Of a stretch of 64,000 bases of DNA, positions 46,162-57,242 are shown piece by piece (the first letter of the stretch is position 1; every line of letters begins with the position of its first letter). The stretch covers positions 6,015 to 70,014 of the forward strand of contig JAFJUR010000003.1 of the NCBI GenBank assembly GCA_017859995.1, read 5' to 3'. A program made the translations under genes and the position numbers. The notes under the pieces are model-generated. The model saw only the letters and a program-made list of their open reading frames with translations, had not been told where the DNA came from and ran no database searches. Origin of the DNA: Holophagaceae bacterium. Lineage in GTDB: Bacteria; Acidobacteriota; Holophagae; Holophagales; Holophagaceae.

Positions 46162-47943
46162 CTACCCCTGCTCACCCTTGCGTGTCATGAGCTCGCGGAA
46201 GGCTTCCACCACTTTGGGGTCGAACTGGGCCCCGGCCTCGTTCTCCAGTTCCGCCAGCACTTGCCGGAATCCCTGCGGCCGACGGTAGCCCTTGCCGCTG
46301 GTCATCACCTCGTAGGCCTCGATGAGGCCGATGATGCGGCTGCCGATGGGGATGCCGGTCTCGCGCAGGCCCTCCGGATAGCCGTGGCCGTCCCACCGCT
46401 CGTGGTGGTGACGGATCATGCGCACCACGTCGAAGGGGAACCGCAGATCCTTCAGGAAGACCGCCGCCATCTCCGGGTGGCTGCGCACCTGCTTCAGCTC
46501 CTCGGCGTTCAGCTGCGGCTTGTTCAGCATCTGGGGATCCAGCATCAGCAGGCCCACGTCGTGGAGGATCGCCGCGATGCTCACCGCCTCCACCTCCTCA
46601 GTGGGCAGCTCCAGCTTCAGGGCCAGGTCCCGCGCGAGCCGGGCGGTGGCGAGGCTGTGGGGCCGCAGGCTCGGGATCCGCCCCTCGCTGGACTGCAGAA
46701 TGCGGTGGCTCACGGAGAGGAAGGCGTGGTGGTACCGCTCGTGGAGCCGGGCCTCCTGCATGTGCAGGCCCAGGATGCGGCCCATCTGCTGGATGGCCTC
46801 GATCTCGGAGATGGAGAACGAGTGGTCCTCCTGGCGGAACACCAGCAGCAGGTCGTGGCCGTGGGGCGTCTCGTTGAGCAGCAGCGGCATGTAGGTGGCG
46901 AAGGCGCCCTTGATCTCGGGGAAATCGGCCATCTCGACGCGGGTGATGAGGCGGAGGTCCTGCTCCTGCACCGTGGGCAGGTGGAAGGTGGCGTGGGCCA
47001 GGATCTGCTGCTGAAGGTCGGCCGAGAGGGGGAAGGTGCTGTAGGCGAGGATGGGCCGGATCTCCTCGGGGTCCTCCGTCCACAGCGCCACGGCCGAGGC
47101 CGAGAGGATCTGGCTCAGCAGGCCCGCGATCTCCCAGAAGAAGGCGCGCTGCTCCGGCGGCATCATGCCGCGCTTGCGTTCGTGGTTCACCGGGGCGGGC
47201 GCCACCCAGCCGCTCAGGGTGCGGTCGGCCTCCCAGGGCAGCGCCGTGAAGGCGTCGTGTCCGCCGGGGAAACCGTACATGCGCTCCTGGGCCGAGGGTC
47301 CCGTGGACGGGATGTGCAGCTCGGGGGTGCGCACCGGGGGCGCGGTGACCGGCGCCGGGGGCAGCAGGCGCTCGGGCGCGGGCGCGACCTCATCGATGAT
47401 GGCCGAGGCGGTGGGCAGGCCTTCGGGCACCGGACCCGGCGCCAGTTGGGTCGCGGCCGGATTCGGGCGGGGGCTCGAGCCGTAGAGCCGGAATTCGCGG
47501 AGCGCCGCCACCAGGTCGCCGCAGATGGCCAGGGTGGGCGGCTCGTCCCGTTCCACGTCGAAGGTGCCGCCCTTGATGCGGTCGCGCTGGATCAGCAGCC
47601 CCACCCAGTCGCCGGCGAGGTAGACCGGGGTGATGAGGTACCTCGGCCACTCGCCGCCCTGGCCGAAGGCCGCCAGCTCCGGCGATTCGGAGGCGTCGTT
47701 CACCACGAAGGCCCGGCGCTCGCGCTGGGCGTGCACCAGCAGGGGATGGCCCTCGGGGATGGAGACAGGCGGCCGGGTGCCCCGGGGCCAGCCATAGAAA
47801 CTCACCACCTCGAAGGAACGTTCCCCCGGCGTCCGCAGGTACAGCGCGCCCTTGGTGCTGCCCACTTCCTCAAGGCAGCGGTAGAGCACCTGCGCGCAGC
47901 GATTGGCGAGGGCCTCGCCGAGGATCAGGGTGGAGGAGGACAT
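46162..47943 (-). CDS. HD-GYP phosphodiesterase with N-terminal GAF-like domains
   Basis: ILHDVG, HHERWDGHGYP, QFDP. Confidence 0.88.
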   Translation of the reverse strand: MSSSTLILGEALANRCAQVLYRCLEEVGSTKGALYLRTPGERSFEVVSFYGWPRGTRPPVSIPEGHPLLVHAQRERRAFVVNDASESPELAAFGQGGEWPRYLITPVYLAGDWVGLLIQRDRIKGGTFDVERDEPPTLAICGDLVAALREFRLYGSSPRPNPAATQLAPGPVPEGLPTASAIIDEVAPAPERLLPPAPVTAPPVRTPELHIPSTGPSAQERMYGFPGGHDAFTALPWEADRTLSGWVAPAPVNHERKRGMMPPEQRAFFWEIAGLLSQILSASAVALWTEDPEEIRPILAYSTFPLSADLQQQILAHATFHLPTVQEQDLRLITRVEMADFPEIKGAFATYMPLLLNETPHGHDLLLVFRQEDHSFSISEIEAIQQMGRILGLHMQEARLHERYHHAFLSVSHRILQSSEGRIPSLRPHSLATARLARDLALKLELPTEEVEAVSIAAILHDVGLLMLDPQMLNKPQLNAEELKQVRSHPEMAAVFLKDLRFPFDVVRMIRHHHERWDGHGYPEGLRETGIPIGSRIIGLIEAYEVMTSGKGYRRPQGFRQVLAELENEAGAQFDPKVVEAFRELMTRKGEQG

Positions 47944-48055
47944 GGGTATGGGAATCCTGGTCGCGGTGGTGGAGCCATCATGACAGAGCCCCAGGGGGAT
48001 GATCCAACGAATCGAAGGTGGTGTTGGTCGCTTTTTACCTACTGCTGTCCGCCCC

Positions 48056-48958
48056 TCAGGGCGTCCGCTGCAGGCTCTCGACCACGAGGCTCCGGTCCGC
48101 CCAGCGGGTCAGCCCCGCGAGCTGGCTGCCGTGCCCGCACTCCGCCAAGGGGGCAGCCAGCCCCTTCAGCCGGGCCACCACGGCCAGCCAGTCCACCGGC
48201 AGGGCCACCGAGGCCAGGCCCTCGTCCCAGGCCGACGGCCCGTCGACGAGCAGCCGGCCGTCGAAATGGGAGATCAGCGGAAAGGCCGGCGTCCTGGGAG
48301 CGACGTGGGCCAGCCGCCGGGCCACGGCCGGCAGCAGGGCCGCCATGTGGGGGCCGTGGAGCGGGTGCTGGACGGGCAGCAGCCCGGCCTTCAGGGCCGC
48401 GGGCGCCAGCTCCGCCACCAGGGGTTCCAGGGCGGCCACGGGGCCCGACACGGTGAACTGAGCCTGGCCGTTCCGGTTCGACAGGGCCAGCTCTGGGTGC
48501 CCAAGCAGGGCGCGGCGGACCTCCAGTTCGGGCACGCCGATGACGTAAGCCATGCCCATGGCCCGGCCCGCGAAGGCCGCCTCGCTGAGGTCCTCCACGG
48601 CGGAAATCAGGTCGAGCGCCGCCTCCAGGGGCACCACGTCCGCCGCCACGAGCGCCGAGTAGAAGCCCATGCTGTGCCCCGTGGCCGCCCGCGGCAGGGG
48701 CATGCCCAGCGCCCGGCGGGCCCGGAACAGGCCCACTGAGTGGGCGAGCACCGCGCAGGGGGCGTGGCGCTGGAACCGCAGAGCCTCCAGGGGCCCCTGC
48801 CCCATGAGGCGCAACAGGGGATGGCTCGTGTGGGTCTCCGCGGCGCGGACCACGGCGAGCCAGGCCTCCTGCGCCTCCCAGCCCGCCGACATGCCCACGG
48901 CCTCCGTGCCCTGGCCGGGGAAGAGGAGGACGGGCGCGGGGCTCGGGGCGGAGGTCAT
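48056..48958 (-). CDS. ACP S-malonyltransferase (FabD)-like acyltransferase
   Basis: LFPGQG, GHSMG, N...Q..VSG, LPV..PLH, PVDW, ECG.G. Confidence 0.8.
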   Translation of the reverse strand: MTSAPSPAPVLLFPGQGTEAVGMSAGWEAQEAWLAVVRAAETHTSHPLLRLMGQGPLEALRFQRHAPCAVLAHSVGLFRARRALGMPLPRAATGHSMGFYSALVAADVVPLEAALDLISAVEDLSEAAFAGRAMGMAYVIGVPELEVRRALLGHPELALSNRNGQAQFTVSGPVAALEPLVAELAPAALKAGLLPVQHPLHGPHMAALLPAVARRLAHVAPRTPAFPLISHFDGRLLVDGPSAWDEGLASVALPVDWLAVVARLKGLAAPLAECGHGSQLAGLTRWADRSLVVESLQRTP

Positions 48959-48989
48959 CCCTTCAGCATAAATCGGCTACTGTGTCCCG

Positions 48990-50009
48990 ATGATCCCCGT
49001 CTCTTCCTGGCAGCAGGTGGCCTGGCACGAGCGCCGCTCCTACTGGGAGCTGGCCGAAGGCGAGCGCCGCGACCTGCGGGAGGCTCTGGAGCGGGAGGCC
49101 GCCGAGCTGGCCCGCCAGGCGGACCTGGCCCTGGAGGATTATGCGGCGGGCCCCGGCACCCTGGAAGGCCAGCTGGTGAACGGCGACGTGCTGGCCACCC
49201 TGCTGCCCAGCCTGCGGCGGAACCCCACCCAGGGCTATGAGGCGCTGGAGGATCCCGCCGGCCGGGCCTCGGTGCACATGAACGCCCTGGGCAAGCGCCT
49301 GCGCGACCGGGCCCTGGCGCGGGCCCGGGGCGAGCCGGTGATCATCTTCATGGGCGGCCAGGCCACCGGGAAGACCACGGGCGCCCTGGCCCTGGGGCCC
49401 GCCTTCGGCGCCGTGTTCGACGCGCCCCACACCGATCCCGAGGGCGTGGCCTTCCTCCTGGGCCGCATCCGCCGGGCGGGCTGCGGCGAGGTGCATCTGG
49501 CCTACACAGACCGCGATCCCGAGGGCTCCCTCAAGGCCATGCTGGCCCGCTCCGAGCGCGAGGGCCGCTACGTGCCCCTCGACCGCATGGCCCGGGCCCA
49601 TGCCTGGGCGCCCTTCACCTTCCTGGGCCTGGCCCCGCGGGTGGGCCGCTCCCTGCAGCTGTACCACGTGCGGGTGGACGAGGAGGGATCGGGACGGATG
49701 ACCGAGGGCCAGGACGCCCTCGCCAGCGTGCGGGGCCGCCAAAAACCCGCGGAATCGGTGGTTGCCTACCAACTCCAGACCGTCTACCTTTCTCTTCTGA
49801 GGAACCCCACCCATGATCCCCAAGCCTGGTACCCGCGAGATGTGCTCGCAGGACTCAACCGAACCCTCGACGACTGGCGCCGAAGCGAAGCCGACCATCT
49901 CCTTCGCCGATTTTACGAAGCTGTGGCGCAGCGAGGTGCCGAAGCTGGTGCAGGCCCACGAGGAGCATCGGCTGGAAGTGCGGCGGAGCCTGGGCCTGGC
50001 CTGAACTGA
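48990..50009 (+). CDS. Zeta-toxin-like P-loop kinase
   Basis: Walker A GGQATGKTT, VFDA, YTDRDP, R...GRYVP; LVNGD motif ahead of the P-loop. Confidence 0.6.
   Translation: MIPVSSWQQVAWHERRSYWELAEGERRDLREALEREAAELARQADLALEDYAAGPGTLEGQLVNGDVLATLLPSLRRNPTQGYEALEDPAGRASVHMNALGKRLRDRALARARGEPVIIFMGGQATGKTTGALALGPAFGAVFDAPHTDPEGVAFLLGRIRRAGCGEVHLAYTDRDPEGSLKAMLARSEREGRYVPLDRMARAHAWAPFTFLGLAPRVGRSLQLYHVRVDEEGSGRMTEGQDALASVRGRQKPAESVVAYQLQTVYLSLLRNPTHDPQAWYPRDVLAGLNRTLDDWRRSEADHLLRRFYEAVAQRGAEAGAGPRGASAGSAAEPGPGLN
49813..50004 (+). CDS. Small protein nested out of frame in the 3' end of the zeta-like gene
   Basis: RBS GAGGA upstream; this frame has the genome-typical G/C third positions, whereas the host frame shifts to A/T-ending codons. 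Confidence 0.55.
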   Translation: MIPKPGTREMCSQDSTEPSTTGAEAKPTISFADFTKLWRSEVPKLVQAHEEHRLEVRRSLGLA

Positions 50010-50047
50010 CGCATTCCGCCGTCACGAGTGAGGCCGCGCGAGCGGCC

Positions 50048-50455
50048 TCACTCGTGATAGCCCAGGACCACCAGCAGGCAGGGCCCTCCCGCGATGACGG
50101 ACATGCCTAGCGACTCGGCCGTGGCGATGGCTTCGTCGCTCTCGGCGCCGGGCTGCATCCACACGTGCTGGACGCCCGCGGCTGCGGCCTCGCGCACCAC
50201 CTGCTCCGTGGCTGCCGGCGGCGTGATGATCGAGATGGCCCGGGCCTTCACCGGCAGCGCCGCCAGCGAGGCGTAGGCTTTCAGCCCCTCCACCTCCGGC
50301 GCCTTGGGATTGATCGGGTAGACCTCTTTCCCGTGCTGCTGGTAGCAGCGCAGCACCTTGTTGCCGTACTTCGAGCGGTCCGTGCTGGCCCCCACCACCG
50401 CGAAGGGACCCGAGGACAGGAAAGCCTGGATGCGATCGGTGACGCTTAAGGACAT
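50048..50455 (-). CDS. CoA-binding protein (YccU-like)
   Basis: AVVGAS, YPINP, WMQPGAE, GPC. Confidence 0.9.
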   Translation of the reverse strand: MSLSVTDRIQAFLSSGPFAVVGASTDRSKYGNKVLRCYQQHGKEVYPINPKAPEVEGLKAYASLAALPVKARAISIITPPAATEQVVREAAAAGVQHVWMQPGAESDEAIATAESLGMSVIAGGPCLLVVLGYHE

Positions 50456-50594
50456 GGGAAACTCCTCTGCACTGCGATGACCCAGGATGGCCGGCCGTGA
50501 CCTAGGGTGTGCCATGGAATCGTGGCGGCCGCAAAACCCCGCGCTTGACCGGCTTCCGGCCGGGCGGAATCCTGGAACCTTCCCAGGATCTCCC

Positions 50595-51779
50595 ATGCCC
50601 CTGCCCTTCCTGCTTCCAGCGATCCTGGCCCTGGCCCCGCCTCAGCAGCCCGCCCTGGTTGCCGTTCTGCCGACGCAGAAGGCCATCGACCTGCTGAATG
50701 CGGGCAAGGTCTCCGAGGCCATGGATCAGCTTGATCAAGCCATCGCCCGGGACCCCAAGGATCCTCAACCATTCTGGATCAAGGCTCAGGTCCACCGGGA
50801 GCTCGCAAAACAGACCAAGGGGTGGACCGCGGCCTGGCACAAGGAGTGCGCCGAAGAGAACGCCGAGGCCATGCTGGATCTGGGGCTCGAGAAGGATGCG
50901 GCCGCGAACGCGATGATGCTGCTCCAGCACCTGCGGGATGATGAACGCCCCGTGCCTGCGGAACCCACCCCCGCCGCCAAGAAGGCCTTCGAGGAAGGCG
51001 AAGTGGCCTTTGGCAAGCAGGACTGGGCCGCAGCGAGGAAGGGCTATCAGCTGGCCCTCAAAGAAAGCCCCACCTACGCCCTGGCGGCTCTCTACGTGGG
51101 AGACAGCTACTACGCGGAAAAGCGCATGGAGGATGCCATCCCGTGGTTCCGGACCGCCGCCGATCTGAACCCGCATGATCCGAGAGCCTGGCGGTACATG
51201 GCGGACGCCCAGTCTGCTCTGGGCCGCAAAAAGGAAGCTGAGGCGACCATGGTCGCGGCCATCCAGGTCTTCCCGGCCAACCGCGCCAGCTGGCAGCCCC
51301 TGGCCTGGCATCGCGCAGCCGAGGGACGCCGCATGAACCGGCTGGCCTTCAAACCGGGCGTCACCGTCGACTGGGACAAGGACGGGAAACAGCGGATCGG
51401 CATCCAGGCATCCCCCGAGGACCCCCAGGCGCAGACCACTTGGCTGCTCCTGGCCAGTGCCATCCTCGACACCATCACCAGTGAAACGAAGCCCGGCCAG
51501 GGGAAGGCGCCGGCCGACCTCCGCTCTAGATTCCAGCAGGAGCGGTTCTTCTGGGAGATCGCCTTGAAGGCCTACGCCGAGGCTTGCCAAGCTGCCAAGA
51601 CGGAACCGAAGGACCGCGTCCTCCGACAGTTCCTCGTCTTCCAAAAAGACGGCCAGCTCGACGCGGCCCTCTTCCTGCTCCGCTACCGGGAGGCCTTCCG
51701 GCCCGATTACGAAGCCTGGCGCAAGGCCCACCCCGGCGCGGTCCAGGCCTTCCTGGACCGCTACAACATCCGGCCCTAA
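50595..51779 (+). CDS. Secreted TPR protein
   Basis: Signal peptide; TPR-like helices (ALYVGDSYY, AWRYMADA). Confidence 0.75.
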   Translation: MPLPFLLPAILALAPPQQPALVAVLPTQKAIDLLNAGKVSEAMDQLDQAIARDPKDPQPFWIKAQVHRELAKQTKGWTAAWHKECAEENAEAMLDLGLEKDAAANAMMLLQHLRDDERPVPAEPTPAAKKAFEEGEVAFGKQDWAAARKGYQLALKESPTYALAALYVGDSYYAEKRMEDAIPWFRTAADLNPHDPRAWRYMADAQSALGRKKEAEATMVAAIQVFPANRASWQPLAWHRAAEGRRMNRLAFKPGVTVDWDKDGKQRIGIQASPEDPQAQTTWLLLASAILDTITSETKPGQGKAPADLRSRFQQERFFWEIALKAYAEACQAAKTEPKDRVLRQFLVFQKDGQLDAALFLLRYREAFRPDYEAWRKAHPGAVQAFLDRYNIRP

Positions 51780-51873
51780 GCCTCCGGGCCGCCTGGGCGA
51801 AGGATTGGCGCAAACACACGTTCAGCTCGCCACGCAGAGCCTGTCTGCTTTACCAGGCAGTGAACAAGGCCTC

Positions 51874-51927
51874 GTCCACAGGTTCAAGCCCAACAAAAAT
51901 CTGTGTGAATCTGTGAAATCTGTGGAC
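51874..51927. repeat. Truncated copy of the GxxExxY-flanking repeat
   Basis: 51897-51927 AAATCTGTGTGAATCTGTGAAATCTGTGGAC is identical to 33814-33844; left-arm remnant GTCCACAG at 51874. Confidence 0.85.
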
Positions 51928-51950
51928 AAAAGTCCTTTGCAGCCTCGCCG

Positions 51951-55168
<3,218 letters not shown>

Positions 55169-55184
55169 CGTCAAAGTCCTTTTT

Positions 55185-55270
55185 TATCCACAGATTTCAC
55201 AGATTCACACAGATTGAAAACACAGAACCTGGCTGTTGAATCTGTGTGAATCTGCGGAATCTGTGGATGA
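55185..55270. repeat. Complete gene-less copy of the GxxExxY-flanking inverted repeat between carA and carB
   Basis: TATCCACAGATTTCACAGATTCACACAGATT-23 nt-AATCTGTGTGAATCTGCGGAATCTGTGGAT. Confidence 0.9.
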
Positions 55271-56350
55271 TCATCTTTGATTTTTTTCCATGAGCTCGAC
55301 GAACCGCTTGAAGGCGGGATGCGCGTCGTGGGGGCCGGGCGAAGCCTCGGGGTGGTGCTGCAGCGAGAAGATCGGCAGCTTGGTGTGGCGCAGGCCCTCC
55401 ACGGTGCCGTCGCTGAGGTGGCGGTGGGTGACTTCCACCTCGCTGGGCAGGCCCTGGTCATCTACCGCGAAGCCGTGGTTCTGGGCCGTGATCTCGATGC
55501 GGCCGGTCATGAGGTCGTGCACGGGCTGGTTGGCGCCGCGGTGGCCGAACTTGAGCTTGAAGGTGCGGCCGCCGAAGGCCTGGCCCAGCAGCTGGTGACC
55601 CAGGCAGATGCCGAAGATGGGCAGCTTCCCGAGGCAGGCCTCCACCTCCTTCTGCATGCCGGGCAGCGCCGCCGGATCGCCAGGACCGTTGCTGAGGAAG
55701 AGGCCGTGGAAGCGCTTGGCCGCCAACTCCGTGGCCGGCGCGTCCCAGGGGAACACCTCCAGGTGCAGCCCCGCGCCCACGAGCTGGTTCAAGATGCTCA
55801 GCTTGATGCCACCGTCCAGCACCGCCACACGGTACGCCCCGCCCGCGTTCAGCTCATAGCGGTCCTTGCAGCTCACCTCGGCGCAGAGGGCCTGGCCCGT
55901 CATGTCCGGCAGGGCCTTGGCCCTGGCCACGCCCGCGTCGAGGCTGCCGTCGTTCTCGGTCCAGATGAGCGAGGGCTGGGAGCCCTGGTCACGCAGGTGC
56001 TGGGTGAGGGCCCGGGTGTCGAGGTCGGTCATCACGGGAATGCGGTGCCGCTTGAGCCAGCCGGCCAGGTCGCCCTCGCTGCGGTGGTGGTCCGGCGCGA
56101 AGGTGAGCCGACGGCAGAGCAGGCCCGTGGCCCAGGGCCGCGTGCCTTCGTTCAGGTCGGCGTGGATGCCGTAGATGCCCTGCTCGGGAAAGGTCATGCA
56201 GACCATCTGCCCGGCGAAGCTGGGATCCGTGAGGATCTCCTGGTAGCCCGCCATGGCGGTGGTGAACACCGCCTCGCCGCCGCCGCCGAAGCCCAACGGC
56301 GCCCGTCCCCGGAAGATGGTGCCGTCCTTCAGGATCAGGTGCGCGCGCAT
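55271..56350 (-). CDS. carA: Carbamoyl-phosphate synthase small subunit
   Basis: GYQEILTDPS, LSNGPGDP, GICLGHQ, QNHGFAV, HPE. Confidence 0.95.
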   Translation of the reverse strand: MRAHLILKDGTIFRGRAPLGFGGGGEAVFTTAMAGYQEILTDPSFAGQMVCMTFPEQGIYGIHADLNEGTRPWATGLLCRRLTFAPDHHRSEGDLAGWLKRHRIPVMTDLDTRALTQHLRDQGSQPSLIWTENDGSLDAGVARAKALPDMTGQALCAEVSCKDRYELNAGGAYRVAVLDGGIKLSILNQLVGAGLHLEVFPWDAPATELAAKRFHGLFLSNGPGDPAALPGMQKEVEACLGKLPIFGICLGHQLLGQAFGGRTFKLKFGHRGANQPVHDLMTGRIEITAQNHGFAVDDQGLPSEVEVTHRHLSDGTVEGLRHTKLPIFSLQHHPEASPGPHDAHPAFKRFVELMEKNQR

Positions 56351-56370
56351 GTGCCTCCCTTGTGGCCGAA

Positions 56371-56452
56371 CTCGCCGTCAGGCCATGCCTGCTGGCGAGG
56401 TGGGGGGTTCCAGGTGGGACATCGCCAGCGAAGCGAGCTGGCGGTCCCCCAC
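56371..56452. repeat. REP-like double hairpin related to the 17.1-17.3 kb units
   Basis: CTCGCC..CAGGC-CAT-GCCTG..GGCGAG, then GGGGGGTTCCAGGTGGGAC-ATCGCCAGC..GCTGGCGGT-CCCCCAC. Confidence 0.55.
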
Positions 56453-56473
56453 GGACGATATCAAAGGCCCTGC

Positions 56474-56506
56474 AAAAACCCCGCGGAGGCCAGGCCGCCG
56501 CGGGGT
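56474..56506 (-). terminator. Intrinsic terminator in the carAB leader
   Basis: Minus strand ACCCCGCGG-N11-CCGCGGGGT-TTTT upstream of carA, same orientation. Confidence 0.65.
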
Positions 56507-56783
56507 CGTGAGAATGACTCGGTCCTTCCGGACCAAAGTGAGTGTAGCGACCCTGAAAACCCAGGATCAGCCTTTTTGTTCAAGGCGATTTCCGCCATAC
56601 TGCTCCTTTGTTTCCGACGTGCAGGACGGACTTTTGGAGGGTGGGGTCCGGAGGTTGGAAACGGGTTGTAGTGCCCGCTGAGGCCGCGCATCGCGCTGCG
56701 CCCGGGCCTGCCCGGCGCGCCCCAAACCCACCCCCAGACTCCAGGCGCCAGACTCCGAGCCGTTTTGCGCCACACTGAAAGCC

Positions 56784-57236
56784 ATGTGGAGCGGCGACGA
56801 CATCTACTTCATGAAACTCGCCCTGGAGGAGGCCGAGAAGGCGGACCGCCTGGACGAGGTGCCCGTGGGCGCCGTGCTGGTGTCCGAGGGGGCCCTGCTG
56901 GGCCGGGGCCACAACCATCCCGTGAAGCTGAACGACCCCACCGCCCACGCGGAGATCCTCGCCCTGCGCAGCGCCGGGGCCTGGGCCAAGAACTACCGCC
57001 TGACCGGCGCGACCCTCTACGTGACCCTCGAGCCCTGTCTCATGTGCTTCGGGGCCCTCATCCACGCCCGAGTGGGCCGGGTGGTCTTCGGCGCCTCCGA
57101 TCCCAAGGTGGGGGTCAGCCGCTGGCTGGGGAGCCTCGACGGGGCGGCCCTCAACCACCGGTTCCAGTTCGAGGGGGGTTTGCTGGAACCGGAATGCCGA
57201 GCCCAGATCCAAGCTTTTTTCAAACGGCGCCGATGA
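56784..57236 (+). CDS. tadA: tRNA adenosine(34) deaminase
   Basis: EVPVGAV, DPTAHAE, TLEPCLMC, DPK, FFKRRR. Confidence 0.93.
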   Translation: MWSGDDIYFMKLALEEAEKADRLDEVPVGAVLVSEGALLGRGHNHPVKLNDPTAHAEILALRSAGAWAKNYRLTGATLYVTLEPCLMCFGALIHARVGRVVFGASDPKVGVSRWLGSLDGAALNHRFQFEGGLLEPECRAQIQAFFKRRR

Positions 57237-57242
57237 GGGTGG

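Noticed and set aside
55185-55270. CACAGATT repeats as a CRISPR array
   Set aside because: Units are 9-10 nt, inverted and lack unique spacers; there are no cas genes in the window.
56519-56537. SRP RNA (ffs), suggested by GGTCCGGAAGG near tadA
   Set aside because: It lacks the flanking CAGG and AAGCAGC of the SRP helix-8 internal loop.
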